Shown piece by piece: positions 1-12,870 of a stretch of 64,000 bases of DNA. The DNA lies in assembly GCA_028534125.1 (NCBI GenBank), contig CM052817.1, positions 28,274,001 through 28,338,000 on the forward strand, written 5' to 3'. Origin of the DNA: Lama glama (lineage: Eukaryota). The position numbers were made by a program, and so were the translations under genes. Each line of letters opens with the position of its first letter. The first letter of the stretch is position 1. The notes beneath the pieces are model-generated. The model was not told the DNA's origin. It did no database searches and saw only the letters and a program-made list of their open reading frames with translations.

Positions 1-238
1 TCTTTGCCAAGCTTTCAATTCCCCAAACTCCTTTTTACAGATTTTCCTCAGTGAATTTGAAATTTTCATTTTTATTTTTACCTCATTGTCCTTATTAAGT
101 GTAAACAATTATCTGTCACATGGTTATTTTATTCAAATGTATAAAATCATTAATTAGACTATTTGATTACCCTAAGGTAACACTTCGTATCATACTGAGT
201 TGTCATCACTTTAGCCAAAGCGAAATTAAACACAACTA

Positions 239-738
239 NNNNNNNNNNNNNNNNNNNNNNNNNNNNNNNNNNNNNNNNNNNNNNNNNNNNNNNNNNNNNN
301 NNNNNNNNNNNNNNNNNNNNNNNNNNNNNNNNNNNNNNNNNNNNNNNNNNNNNNNNNNNNNNNNNNNNNNNNNNNNNNNNNNNNNNNNNNNNNNNNNNNN
401 NNNNNNNNNNNNNNNNNNNNNNNNNNNNNNNNNNNNNNNNNNNNNNNNNNNNNNNNNNNNNNNNNNNNNNNNNNNNNNNNNNNNNNNNNNNNNNNNNNNN
501 NNNNNNNNNNNNNNNNNNNNNNNNNNNNNNNNNNNNNNNNNNNNNNNNNNNNNNNNNNNNNNNNNNNNNNNNNNNNNNNNNNNNNNNNNNNNNNNNNNNN
601 NNNNNNNNNNNNNNNNNNNNNNNNNNNNNNNNNNNNNNNNNNNNNNNNNNNNNNNNNNNNNNNNNNNNNNNNNNNNNNNNNNNNNNNNNNNNNNNNNNNN
701 NNNNNNNNNNNNNNNNNNNNNNNNNNNNNNNNNNNNNN
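239..738. other. Assembly gap (500 N)
   Basis: Run of exactly 500 N. Confidence 0.99.
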
Positions 739-769
739 TGTGAAAAGACAAGAATGAGGAAAGGAATAA

Positions 770-1440
770 TGTTGAGAAGTTTGAAAAACATAGGGAACAG
801 GAGACACAGGCTTCCTGGAAGGGACAACAAGAAAACTTAACAGATTTGAGACTTGAACTGGATTTAGAATAATGGAGCTATAACTTAAGAGTGCGGTTCA
901 TGGACAGACATTTTGAATAACAAGAGCTTGAATGTGGTCAGAGAGACAGGGAATACTGTTTGCCTCTCAGGGAGTTGTGAATCCAGCTGGCATGGTGTTT
1001 AAGGGGTGTGCTATGACACATGATGAAGACTGGATAAGCAGTTACTAAAATACTGCTGGGAATCCCTAGTTCTCGCAGAAGAATTTGGACATGGACTGTA
1101 TGCTGTAAGCAATTGGATATTGAATGAGCAATTGACTATTTAGATCAAGAGACTGTCTTTTTGAGTAGAAAATTAACTATTTTACGAAGATAACTCAGGT
1201 GGTAAGAGATAGGATAAATGAAAGGAGATGTAACCTGGAGTCAGAGAGACCCATCTGGAGGCTACTTCAACAATTCAGAAGGGAATTGATGAAGGCCTGA
1301 CTTAGCAATGCAAGAGAATACGGAACTGGGGCATATACGGGAAATGTTTCAGAGACAAAACAGTGTGAATGACTGAGGGACAGTGTAGGAGGGTAGAAGG
1401 GTTTGAGGAAAGACAGAGGTGGATGCGGAACCCTGAGTCA
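770..1440 (-). mobile_element. L2 LINE fragment (ancient)
   Basis: Purine-rich plus strand resembling antisense L2 (gagacccatctggaggctacttcaacaattcagaaggg...gatgaaggcctgac). Confidence 0.65.
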
Positions 1441-1679
1441 TCAGGGAGGATGGCGTGGATTTGGTGTTCTAGGCAGGTGGACCCTCGTCCCCCAGCCCTA
1501 AATCTGCACTCTTTGACAATAAAGCCTTCAGACAGACAGGGATCACACTCACCCCAGGGTGCCCAGGAATCTGTATTTATCTTTGGAAATCCTGAAGTTT
1601 TGAGTCTAAATGTCTGCAGGGATAAGAATGTGTCAACTAAAAGAGGCAGAAGAAGAAAGAGTAGATAGGAAAAGACTGC

Positions 1680-2030
1680 TATTTATCTTTGACTAAGTTC
1701 CCACTGTGAGCAGGAAATGACACTAGGACTAAAAACACAAAAACATGGAAGACTTATTGCCTAGCACTTAACATTCTACAATCTAGGGAACTAGGAAATA
1801 ATCTAAAGAATTAATTAATAATCAAGGCATTGTAGGTTCACTTTGAAATGAGTGCCTTAGAAAATAAACTCCCCAAATGTTCAGAAAAGATTTCAAAGAG
1901 AACTAGATTGTTAAAAAAAAATCACTTGATGAAATGAAAGTTAATCTTCCATACTAGGGCAGAACTTAGCTAAGCAAAGCAGAGTGGGGAGAACATTCTA
2001 GGTAAGGAAGACAGTGTGACTAAAGACAAG
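1680..2030 (-). mobile_element. L2 3' end fragment
   Basis: Degenerate antisense L2 3' end (ccactgtgagcagg...cactagg...attctacaatctaggg; gaacattctaggtaaggaagacag). Confidence 0.55.
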
Positions 2031-2279
2031 GAATTCTTGTGTACATGTAAGTTCATTTATTTATATACCCAGGAAAGAAAACCACATCAATCACATTTTC
2101 TGACTCTAAACAATTCTCCTTCGTGTCCTTCATGCAGTAACTTTTGATGTATGATCCTCATCATTTTCAAATTTCAAGATTCAGAGCAGAGCAAGATTTT
2201 GATGGATCTTGAAATTAATTAAGGGACTTGTTTTAGTCTGAGACAGACGGGGGCACACTAGTTCTATATTTGTCAGTCC

Positions 2280-2410
2280 CCTGAAGTGCCACATATGACT
2301 TCCATGGGCTCCAGGCACTTTTGCCTTTGTGAGTCACTTCCTCCATAAAAAAAAAAATACTAAAAATTGTATTCTATGACTGTGTTGATATGAAGGTGAA
2401 TTATATATGG
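2280..2410. mobile_element. hAT-Tip100-type DNA transposon fragment (MER115/Zaphod-like)
   Basis: ggcacttttgcctttgtg...cttcctccataaaaaaa...taaaaattgtattctatgactgtgttg resembles the recalled consensus. Confidence 0.45.
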
Positions 2411-2449
2411 TGTTAAGACCCAAAAAGTTCAATATTATGCATTGCCTTC

Positions 2450-2770
2450 ATATCTGGTGAAACCCAGAGGGCCTGGAATGACTTGACGTAGGTTCTCCTC
2501 CTTATGCCGTCCTCGCAGTTAAGGTCTGCTAGCCAAACAATCTTCTTTATCAGAGGGAGCAGGCACAATTCCTGCTTAACCCTGAAGAGTGGATTTCAGT
2601 TCCTAGCCAGCCTGTGGAAATACTCAACCAGCCAATCACATCCTTCTGTGGGAAGCAGGGGACACTTCATCTTCCTGTTTCTAGAGAACTGGCCCCCCAG
2701 CAACCACTGGGGGTCCACTCTGTTCTGAGTGCAACCTCTGTGTGGCGCTGTGTGGTGCGGCCCCTTACTT
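2450..2770 (+). mobile_element. ERVL LTR (LTR41-like), partial
   Basis: gtggatttcagttcctagccagcctgtggaa...agccaatcacatccttctgtgggaagcagggg...cactctgttctgagtgcaacc matches the recalled LTR41 core; CCAAT box present. Confidence 0.6.
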
Positions 2771-2956
2771 ACGTCAAATACACACAGGAATGTGTCGGAC
2801 AGTATCTGTTGGCAATGTGGTCCAGGGCTACTGTCTCTTGTAAATGGTAAATTCTTTCTAACAGCTCATCTAAAGTCATCTCAGTTCATTTCATTTTATA
2901 TCAATGTGATACTAAGAACAAAATTATTTTTATTTCCATTTAATTTGAAGAATCAA

Positions 2957-2982
2957 TCCTTCTTTCCTTCTTTCTTTCTTTC

Positions 2983-3057
<75 letters not shown>

Positions 3058-3097
3058 TTTTCTTTCTATTCTTTCTTCCTTTCTTTTCTTCCTTTCT
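2957..3097. repeat. (TTTC)n microsatellite
   Basis: Long pure tttc array with degenerate edges. Confidence 0.97.
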
Positions 3098-3274
3098 ATC
3101 CATTCCATCTCTCATCTCTCTAATTCAGCACTTTGCTCATGCTGAGTGTTATAAAATGAATAACAATTCTAAGATTTAATTCTTTAATATTTATATAGTA
3201 TCTCTATCTATCTCTATTATCTACCTATCTATCAGCCATTTATTTATTTTGTTTATCTGTCTCCTGTCTACCTA

Positions 3275-3480
3275 ACTCATTCACTGTACTAATCTATTTT
3301 TAGTATTTTCTTAATACTATGCCAAGTATCATTCTTGGCATTGGGCACTGAACTGACAATACTGATTCCTGTCCTCCTAGATTTTACAGTCTAATAAGTG
3401 AAATGGACTTTACGTGAATACTTACACCCACAGTTGCTCATGGTCATAAAAAGTACTGCAAAGGAACAGTACAGATCACA
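3275..3480 (-). mobile_element. L2 3' end fragment
   Basis: tcattcac...tactatgccaagtatcattcttggcattggg...attcctgtcctcctagattttacagtcta. Confidence 0.6.
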
Positions 3481-3830
3481 TTAAAAGCACATTTTTTCAA
3501 CTTATTAACCATTTATTTATATATTTGATAGTTATATTTACATCTGGCATTGACAAAAATAATGAAAATTATAGGAGCACTGAGTCCTCTTTAGAAGAAA
3601 AGGGTTATATGCACAGTTGCGTATAGAGTTATGATTCCTCCTTTATGTACAAAGAAAAAATATTAATAAAAAAGTTCTTCAGTGATCAAAAAGGGCTCAA
3701 TGCTGCAAGGGTTTATTTATACTATACATGCCAAGAAACCCGTATCAAGACACCTAAACATGTCTTGGGTGGGAAGGGGTGGTAGTGAGAAAAGTTTCTC
3801 CCAGAAGCGATGCAGTAATGCTTATGCTAC

Positions 3831-4200
3831 AATTTTTTTTTGATTGAAGCATTGAAGTATAGTTGATTTACAAATTAATATTAATTTCTGGTGTATAGCA
3901 AAGTGATTCAGTTATACATCTATTTTTTTTTCATATTCTTTTTTCATTATAGGTTATCACAAGCAATTGAATATAGTTCCCCGTGCTATGCAGTAGGACC
4001 TTCTTGTTTATCTATTTTGTAGATAGTAGTTTGTATCTGTTAATCCCAAACTCCTAATTTAATTTATCCCTCTCCTCCTTTCCCTTTGGGAATCATAAGT
4101 TAGTTTTCTATGTCTGTGAGTCTGTTTCTGTTTTGTAAATAAGATTATCATACTAAGTGAAGTAAGTCAGAGAAAGACAAACATCATATGATATCACTTA
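3831..4200 (-). mobile_element. Cetartiodactyl-type L1 3' end with a 5' inversion (twin priming)
   Basis: Poly-T at 3833, antisense L1 3' UTR to ~4143, then sense-orientation agattatcatactaagtgaagtaagtcag...atatcactta to 4200. Confidence 0.88.
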
Positions 4201-5999
4201 CGTTACTTTCTGAAGCAGGAACAGCCTGGAGCAGAGGGCAGTGTGGGTCACAGACTCTCTCTCTTACCTTGTTACGATCTTGCATGGTACCTGAATTAAA
4301 TGAAATATAGTGACTATCTCCTCTGTTTTTCTTAAAAATAACTTCAGGTTTTTCTAGCACAACGTTCAAACGACCTAACTGAACCGTGGTGCAGAGACAG
4401 TTTCAATTACGTCAGTGTTAATTGCTCACAGTGCATTTAAATTGCATGGTGTGAAGCTGGGTTGCTCCTCACTCTAATACTTCTTTGTGCAGCAGTTCAG
4501 TGATGGGCTCCTGTTTCTGTGTGTGTGTTCTCGTTCTTGCTTGTTTCAAGTGTGATTCCATTTCTATTTGCTTTTAAGGCAAATATGTGGAGTTAAAATT
4601 ATTTTCCCTTTCTAGAAATTTCATTTGCTCATTATAATTCAACCATTGCATACATTTTTTCAAAATAACACTATGCCATGTCTGAATAAGATGGATCCAA
4701 AGGAGGGCCAATTTCCAAGAAGAAACAAATAATAAAAACACAGATGAAAAGTTGTAATAACTACCTATTTATGTTATATGTTTAAAGAACATTATTCTCT
4801 ACAAAGATATGTTAATAATTTGGACCAGTTTACTAGTGGAAAAGTTTAAGTAAGGATAACTTTAAAAAGTTCAAGTATTTCTTTTTTTCTCCTTTACTTT
4901 TAAGAAATTTATAAAGTCAGCAATAAAAATTTTCAAATATTATCTTTTGAGTGAGGATACGGGCATATATTTGATGAAATAATTCTCGACTGTTGATTAT
5001 ATTTTCAGGTCTGTCACTGACTCCACATTAATAACTTTCTCCCTGACCAAACAACAGGTTACAAATTTCCTGTTATATTACTTTTCTCTATCATTCTGGA
5101 AAGAATTTCTCTTGTTTATTTAACCTAAGCTAATTTTTATTTGCTTCATACCTAGTGCCCTTTGCCCACCTTCTTGGACTTGCTAATTCATGCTCTGTCT
5201 TTGCTTTCCTTTCTCTCCTTGGGACTTTAAAATCCATCTCCCTCTTCCTATGCCTATAGTGGCCCACTTTTCTCTTTCCGGAAAACTAGTTTAGGTCAGA
5301 ACCCAGGCTATTACTTAAAAGGAAATGTTGGAGGATCATTGCCTTAGATTAAAAATCTATCCAGAGGAGTGGGCAAATCTTTGTTTATGTTGTGAGAAAG
5401 GCAAAACCATAATAATGGTAGAAGATAAAATAATAAAGATGAGGGAAAAAAAAGCTAGAAACTTCCGTCAAGTGTATTCCCGTAATCAAGGTCTGCGGAG
5501 GGGTCTTCACATACATAGTCATACTTTCACAAAAGATAATGAAGCTTGACATTTCCCAGTGATCTTCTGGAGTGGAATGAACACTTCTCTACAGAATTTC
5601 TGAGCAACCATTGAATCTTTTGGTTTAACAGTGTGATAATCATTTCTAAGTCTTTTTAGTCTTTAAATGCTATTCATGCATAGTTTTTGTTTTTGAGTTA
5701 ACTAAAAAAATGGCTCTGGAACAGTCTACTTTTCTCTTTTTTTCCCTTTAATTTTAGTTGATTTTGAATATATTTTCCTCAGGTAGCTATTGGCTTGGCA
5801 TGTATTGGAAAATATTAGACCAGGAATAACTGCTTATCTTATGGTTTGGAGACTTTTAAGGGTAATTTTGGTATTTGCTTAAAACATGTCTAAGATTGAT
5901 AACAGGGAAATGCACTGCCTTTATTTAGTATCTGATAAATAGAGAAGGATGTTACATTTTGAAGTGATGATTAGGTATCTAACCATGCTGGTCAGCAGA

Positions 6000-7160
6000 T
6001 AGAAACATAGATCTTCAAAAGAAGTAAGGATGAAGAGAATCAGGAAACAAGTCACAGACTGGCAGAAGAATATTTGCAAAAGACCTGATAAAAGAATATT
6101 ATACAAAATAAAGATCTTTTAACAAAAAGAAAACAAACAACCCACTTAAAAAATGGACAAAATATCTGAACACAAACTTTATCAAGATTTACAGATGGCA
6201 AGTAAGCATATGAAAAGATGCTCAAAAATCATGTCGTTAGGGAATTGCAAATTACAACACCAGTGATATACCACTACATTCTTTTAGAATGGCCAAAACC
6301 CGAAACACAGGCAGCATCAAATTCAAGATGTATGGCAAAAGGAACTCTTATTCACTGCTTGTGGGAATGCAAAATAGTATAGCCACCTGGGAAGAGAGTT
6401 TGACAGTTTGTAACAAAATTAAACATACTCTTTCCAGTTCGTTTTAGCATTCCTATTCTTCAGTAGTTATCCAAAGAGCTGAAAACTTATGTTTATACCA
6501 AATCTTGTACATGGATGTTTATAGTAGCTTTAGTCATAATTGCCAAAACTTGAAGACAACCAAGATGTCCTTTAGCAGGTGAATAGATAAATAAACTGTG
6601 GTCTATCCAGACAATGGAATGTTATTCAAGGCTAAAAAGAAATGGGCTAAAAGACATGTAGAAAACTAAAATGTGTATTGCTAAGTAAAAAAAGTAAATT
6701 TAAAATGGCTACATATTATTTGGTTTCAACCATACAGCATTCTGGAAAAGGGAAAACTACTGAGACAGTAAAAAGATTAGTGGTTGCCAGGGGCTGGGGG
6801 AAAAGGGGGGTGAATAGATGAGCACAGGAATTTTAGGGCAGTGAAACAACCCTGTATGACATTACAGTGGTGGATATACATCTTTAGGTGTTTGTCCAAC
6901 CCCATAGAATGAACCCTAATGTGAACTATAGACTTTGGGTGACAATGAGTGAACCCTAATGTGAACTATAGACAATGATGCATCACTAGATTCATCAGTT
7001 ATAAGAAATGTACCACTGTGGTGGGGACGTTGATAGTGGGGAAGTTTGCGGGAAGGGAGGGGGTTGGGGACAGAAGGGTATATGGGAGCTCTGTACCTCC
7101 TGCTTACTTCCGCTGTGAACCTACAACTTCCCTAAAAAGAATAAAGTATATTTTTAAAAA
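6000..7160 (+). mobile_element. L1MC1/L1MC2-like LINE 3' end
   Basis: Degenerate ORF2 C-terminus and a typical 3' UTR (gaaccctaatgtgaactatagactttgggt...gggtatatgggagctctgtac...ctgtgaaccta...aataaag). Confidence 0.85.
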
Positions 7161-7919
7161 TTGGAGCTCCTGAAATAAGTAAAAATAAAGGTACAAATAA
7201 CAGATCTACTTTCTACTTTTAAGTTCTCTAAAAGATAACTGGTTAAAACAAAAACAGTAGTGTTACACGGCAAGGGTTTTAATCTATATAAAAATAAAAT
7301 GCACAGCTGATGACAGCCCGAGAGATGAGAGGAGGGAAGCCGAAGGACAGACTCTCCCAACGCCCTCCCATTAACTTGCATAGACAGTCCATCCACACGT
7401 CTCTGATCCACAAGCCCCAATCCAAGGATGGGGAATAAGCAGGATTAGCTGTTTCTGTTGGAATGATTTGCCTAGTGATGGTTCACACAGTATTTTCAAA
7501 ATGAGGTCAGTTGCCAATATTTAAAACTCTGACTATTTTGCATAAACTCCTGACTCTTGATTTTACTCCAAAAAGATCTGGCTCCAGTGGCAGCAATCAG
7601 CTGGAGCTGAGTAACTTCTGCTTCCTTGGGCTGAGCCAGGGGCTCTCCAGTTTTCCTTTCCCTTCACCGGTTCTGATTTTATTCCTGATGCTGAAAGTCA
7701 GTTGCCATTTATCATTCTATTTCAATACTGCTTTCCGTGTTTCCTTGAGTTGTCTGATGCCAGCAGTCATTTGATTTGTGACCCCTGGTGGTCTGGATGC
7801 TTAAGGAGAAAGAAGAAGAACTTAAAAACTATTCAAGAATGTATACCCCCTTGAGTCAAATATTATGTAATGATTGTTGCTAGGCTTGGACAAAGATCCA
7901 GCAGATTACCTCTGGCAAA

Positions 7920-8321
7920 TTCTTTTTTTTTTTTTTTCAGCTGAAGATTTATTTTTCCTTCCTTTGGTCATGGCACTTTGATTTCCCTTTGGGGAACCCT
8001 GCCCACTGAACCTGCTTTGCTCAGTTCCTTGTGTTCTTAGTGCATCTGTTAATCAAATTGTCTGTCCCCCCTACCCCTACCCTGGACAATCAGATTGGCC
8101 ATTTGAAGCCCGAGAGAAGAATCATTCATTTTGGTTGGATGGTTCTAAAGAAATTAGCTGTTTGTTCTCAGTCTGGTTCCTGTCTTTCCTGATAGCAGAG
8201 AGTTTAGCTCCTATTTTTTGTTTTATCTGTAAGGTACACATATTGTTCCAATAAAATGTAATTTTTAAAAAATTATTTCAATTATTACAAATATTGCTTG
8301 CAATCAAGCAACTCTAAGACA
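7920..8321 (+). mobile_element. Old ERVL/MaLR-type solo LTR
   Basis: ggcactttgatttccctttggggaacc; ends ccaataaa...ttgcttgcaatcaagcaactctaagaca. Confidence 0.45.
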
Positions 8322-8599
8322 GGGCTGGATAAAATGTTAGGTAAGGCACCACCATCTACTCCAAACTCCTTCTGGGGTGTGTATATGGGGATAGAGGTGG
8401 ATGGTTGGGCACGGTTCTCTGTTAAAATGTTATCTTCAAACAACTTCCATTTTCAGAATTAAGGATTATTTTTCCCATTACACTGAGTCATTCTTAATTT
8501 CTCTTTTTGTTTGCATCTCCCCCTGCCACCCTTTCCTTTTACCTGTTGTATTATTCAAGTTTTCCTTATCCTGATTTTTCCCTTCTACTGATTTGCCTG

Positions 8600-10190
8600 T
8601 TGTAATTTTCCCTCTGTTGTTTAACTGACTTACTCTAACATTTTAATATGACATATTTGAAACAGTTTAAAATTTATACAGCTTAAAGATGATCAGTATC
8701 TTTACTCTTCTTTATAGAACAATACAAAGACCTTAAAATGCTTAGCCCAGGTAATTATCTTCCATTTTATTTGCTATAGTTGTTTGGAAAGTTAATTCTG
8801 CAACTTACTTCCTTCTTCTAGGTTCATATTTCTTTCTCCCCAGATTTACAGCCTTTGTAAATAAGAAGCTGGTAGTGGTAAACTCTGTTTGATTATCTGA
8901 ATTTATTTTGTCCTCACTATTTCACTATGCTATTTTAGCTGAGTATAGAAAAATAGGTTGCTTTTCTAGTCTTTCAACTCTCTACAGATACTGTTCCATT
9001 TTTAAAAGTCTGCAGTATTGTTATTGTCTTTTTGTAACAATCTGAATTCTTACTTTTAAAATATTTTCCATAATTTAAAATTCTATAGTTATACTACAGT
9101 ACATGTAGGTGTGGATTTATTTTTATTTACACTCTGAGAATCTAGAATAAGAAAAAAATATGTATTTCATTAATTCTAGAAATTTCTCAGATATTATTTC
9201 TAAGAATGTTGTCTTTTCTCCATTCCCTCTATCCTGGTCCTTTGAAATACATAATACTCCTTAATTCCTCTTTCTTATTTTCTCTCATTTTATATTCTGG
9301 GAGTAAATTATGAGTAGTCTCTTCTAGGTCATTAATTCTTTGTCGGCTGTGGCCAATCTAATAAATTCATCCAATGACACTTCTCTATATTTCAAAAACT
9401 GTATTTTCTTGATATTCTATTTGGTTCTCTTTTTACCTATGTATTTTTTTTCTCATTGTGATTTATTTTCCTTGTTTTTTGCCTCTAATCACTTTACGCA
9501 TACTTGTTTTTTCACCTGTCTCTAATAGTTGTATCATCTGGTTCTTCTGCTGTTTTGCTTGTTGACTCTCATGTCGTCAGAGGGCTTTATTCGTGCGAGT
9601 CTTGTGTGGCCTGTGTTGAGAGAGAATGTATCAAGGGAGGATTTCACTTTGCTTTGGCCAGAAACTCTAGGGGTATCATTACCCTAAGAACATTTTATTT
9701 AATTTCTAATCTCTCAGAAAACATTGATTGTTGAAACTGGATTCTGGTAACACACGACAGAAATTCTTACAGGAGACTAATTTCTACCCAGAGCCCAGAT
9801 GTCCAGGTATGAACGTCATTTCCTCCTTGTCCTGGTGCATCTATTTTTTAAGTTGGTCCTTTCACTGTAGGTGTAGTCTTTTGCACGTCCTGGCTTTGGG
9901 TGAGATGTCAGATCCAAGGTTCGTTTGGCATGGGTGTCGTGTATCCTCTGAGCATTAAAACCCAGCAGTCTAGGTTACCGACATCAACAACCCCCCAAGC
10001 ACTGGTTCTTGTGGTCACCACCCTGGTTTTCGATGACCTCTGAGCGTTAGTATCCTGGGGATTTCATTCAAATTTTGTTAGTACAGCTTTGAATTTAAAA
10101 GTACACACGTTGTATGTCACTTAGCATTTCTATTTGCTTTGTGGAGAAGGATTTTCAGAATACCTAATCTGTAATAGTATAGGAAATGGA
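8600..10190 (-). mobile_element. HAL1/L1ME-type ancient LINE, 5' UTR/ORF1 region
   Basis: T-rich antisense ORF1-like tract (ttttagctgagtatagaa; cattaattctagaaatttctcagatattatttc) followed by a HAL1-like 5' region. Confidence 0.6.
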
Positions 10191-10879
10191 ATATTTCCAG
10201 GAAATAGAAAAGAGGTTTGCATTTATTTCAAAAGCTTTTACTGTTTACAATTTGACAGGCAATACTATTTTACATTTTTTTAAATATAAGGGGGCATAAA
10301 TCAATGGGAAAAGAATAAATGAATGAAATGACAGTGCCCTTCGCTATTGTTAAGGTGTCTTTTTTAAAAAATCTTATTCCAATGTATTTTATTTATACTT
10401 TGAATATACTCAGAAAATAGCAGTCCTGATATGTAGTCTGACAATCCTTATTTCACTCTGCCCACATTTCATTTCACCCTGCTTTTTGCTTTCTGAACTT
10501 TCATCTAAATGTGAATAAATACATGTTTATACAAACAACATATTTCTTGTGTGGCATATCTTTTAATAGCCACTTTCAATTTGCAGGTCAAAACCCATAG
10601 AGGTTCATGCTGTTCTCTATCTGACTATGAGTAGAGGTTTATACTCAGATCTGTGGTCTTCTGTGATCTTACTTGTTTTGAGGTGATTTTAAATAAAGGA
10701 AATGATTGAAGCCATGAACCCTAGAAAGGTAATATGGAGATGAATCAAATGCTTTAGCCCTTCTAATCTCTGTTAAGTCTTCTCTACCCCTATGTTTCTA
10801 GGTTTTTCACAAACATATGATTGGAATAAAAATAAAATACTTGTTATCGAATCATAGGATGAAGATGAGTCCTCTGATG

Positions 10880-11048
10880 CAGTGCTTCCTAATCTTTAAT
10901 GAGAATGTGAATCTCTTCTCCCTTCAGAATCTTGTTAAAATGCAGGTTGCAAGTCAGTAGATCTGGAGTGGCGCACGAGATTTTGCATTTCTACCAAACC
11001 CTCAGATATTGATGCTGCTCCTTGTCAGCAGGACCTTTGAGCTGCACA
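10880..11048. mobile_element. MER5A/B (hAT-Charlie MITE)
   Basis: cagtgcttcct...atcttgttaaaatgcagg...agatctggagtgg...gagattttgcatttctacca...tgatgctgct...ctttgag. Confidence 0.8.
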
Positions 11049-11339
11049 ACCTGTGTACAACCAGACTATCTACTCTTCAACCCTTCTGCAAAGTACATGT
11101 GAAGTTGTAACAAAGGCAGAATGGCAAGGAATGATACGTGGCACACTGGACACGTCTACCTGACAATAACAGAGAGAGTTATTATTTAGTCAATAATTAT
11201 AACAAAATAAATATCTACTATTTTTAATTGAAATCACCAAAAAATATAAAATAGATTATTCTTGTCTTCAATAAATTTATTCAGTAAAAATTTATATTGT
11301 TTCTGTTTAATAACAAATCTAATTAATTATGTATGCAGA

Positions 11340-11720
11340 AATCAAACAACATAGATATCTATTCAATAAAATATAATAATATAGATAATATAATACCTGT
11401 ATAATAAAAATTGAAAGCATTTGGACCCCTCATTGAATTTCCGGCTGTAACCCCTGTTGAGTTTGTTTGTTGTGTACCTCCAAAATATTTTTGTTCTGTC
11501 TTTAAGCACATATGCGTATACACAACTTTTGCTGGTTTACAAAAACAAGATTTTACCCGGTGTCTTGTTTTGGTACTTGCTTTCTTAATGCTTTGTGATC
11601 GTTTTCATTTCAGTGTATATACATCTTTCGTATTTTTAGTGGTTGCATGGATATTCTATAACATTTAATTATTTTTAAAAATACTAACAGACATTTAGGC
11701 TAATTCCATTTTTTGCCTTT
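11340..11720 (-). mobile_element. L1ME-type 3' fragment
   Basis: Antisense old L1 3' UTR (gtaacccctgttgagtttg; tttcagtgtatatacatct...tttttagtggttgcatgg...acatttaggc). Confidence 0.55.
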
Positions 11721-12559
11721 AATTAAATATTCTATACTCTTAAGAAAAATGATCTACCCAATTATAGCCCAATAAAATGATATGCATGGAAGGTGTATAC
11801 CTCTCCCATTCATTACAGCTTCACTTTCTACGCAGATCAAATCCAAGGAAGTTTAAAGTCCTTTGACCACAGTACCTCCTTCCAAGCCCCAGACAACCTC
11901 CAGTCTCTCCACTGTTGAATCTATAAAGGGAAAATTGTATTTCTATAGATTTAAAGTCTGATTGCTAATAATAATATTCCTCAACAGCAGGAATTAAAAA
12001 GCAAGTGAATTGGAGAGGTTACAATGGAGTACGGTATCCCAAGCAGGCTCTGTGTGCACAGCCCAGTCCTGTATTTGAAAACCCCACTGAAATTATTAAC
12101 ATGTTCAAATATCTTTGTTTGGTCTGGATAAATAGCCCATGGTTTGCAGAAAAGAGATTACATGTTTATTCTAATTTATTAAAAAAACATTTTAGAGATA
12201 TGATTTGGATATGAGCCTTGAGGGTTATAAGATTTTCTTAGTCATAAAATAAACATAGCTAGTTTCCATTTATTTAAAGGAATCAGTTCACAGTGCCACA
12301 AGTCTAGACTCTGAAGGAGAAATATCATTTCCTCTAATGTATATTTAATAAATAAAACTGTCTACACAGAATTGCTAATAGAACTTGCTTGGCCTACCAA
12401 ATAGTCTCTGACCTACAAGAAGATCAGTGGAGAATGTCTTTGTAATATTTTTAGAGAAAACTCAGCTGCCTATATTTTTCACTTATTGACAGACTACTTT
12501 AGTGACGGGTGTAATAAAAAGTCTAGTTCCTACTGTGTTCTCCCCAGCGGCCCCTGCAC

Positions 12560-12870
12560 ACTTTTTCTACTGACCCTGAAACAATCAGCCCACTTCCAAA
12601 GCAGCAGGTAACTTCACTTACTGTGTTTGTAGGAAGATAAAGTCTTCTGAAATGGATTGTCTCCAGTCTCTTCTCTCACCCTTAAAATGTGCCTGGAGCT
12701 TTCCCAACCAGCTTTCCCTCAAGTCTGCAGAAATGTGTCTCTGCCCTTTTCCAGAAGCTCCTACCTCTGCCCTTGGTTTTATAGCATAATTTTACTGTTT
12801 CTTTGTATGATTTTTCCTCATTGGTTTAAGCTCCTGGAAGACAAAAACACTGTTTTTTCTTATGCTAAAT
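12560..12870 (+). mobile_element. L2 fragments
   Basis: Pyrimidine-rich L2-like text (acttcacttactgtgtttgtaggaagataaa; tttaagctcctggaagacaa). Confidence 0.4.

Noticed and set aside
120..830. Long ORFs spanning N runs (also 16641-17339 and 51855-52486)
   Set aside because: Artefacts of translating 500-N gaps as X.
2729..3145. 138-aa Phe/Leu/Ser-rich ORF and the antisense Lys/Glu/Arg ORF
   Set aside because: Translations of the (TTTC)n microsatellite.
4263..4293. Possible 23-nt minus-strand micro-exon (ttcAG|GTACC...AAG|GTAAGA)
   Set aside because: Weak polypyrimidine tract, length not a multiple of 3, and no partner exons identified.
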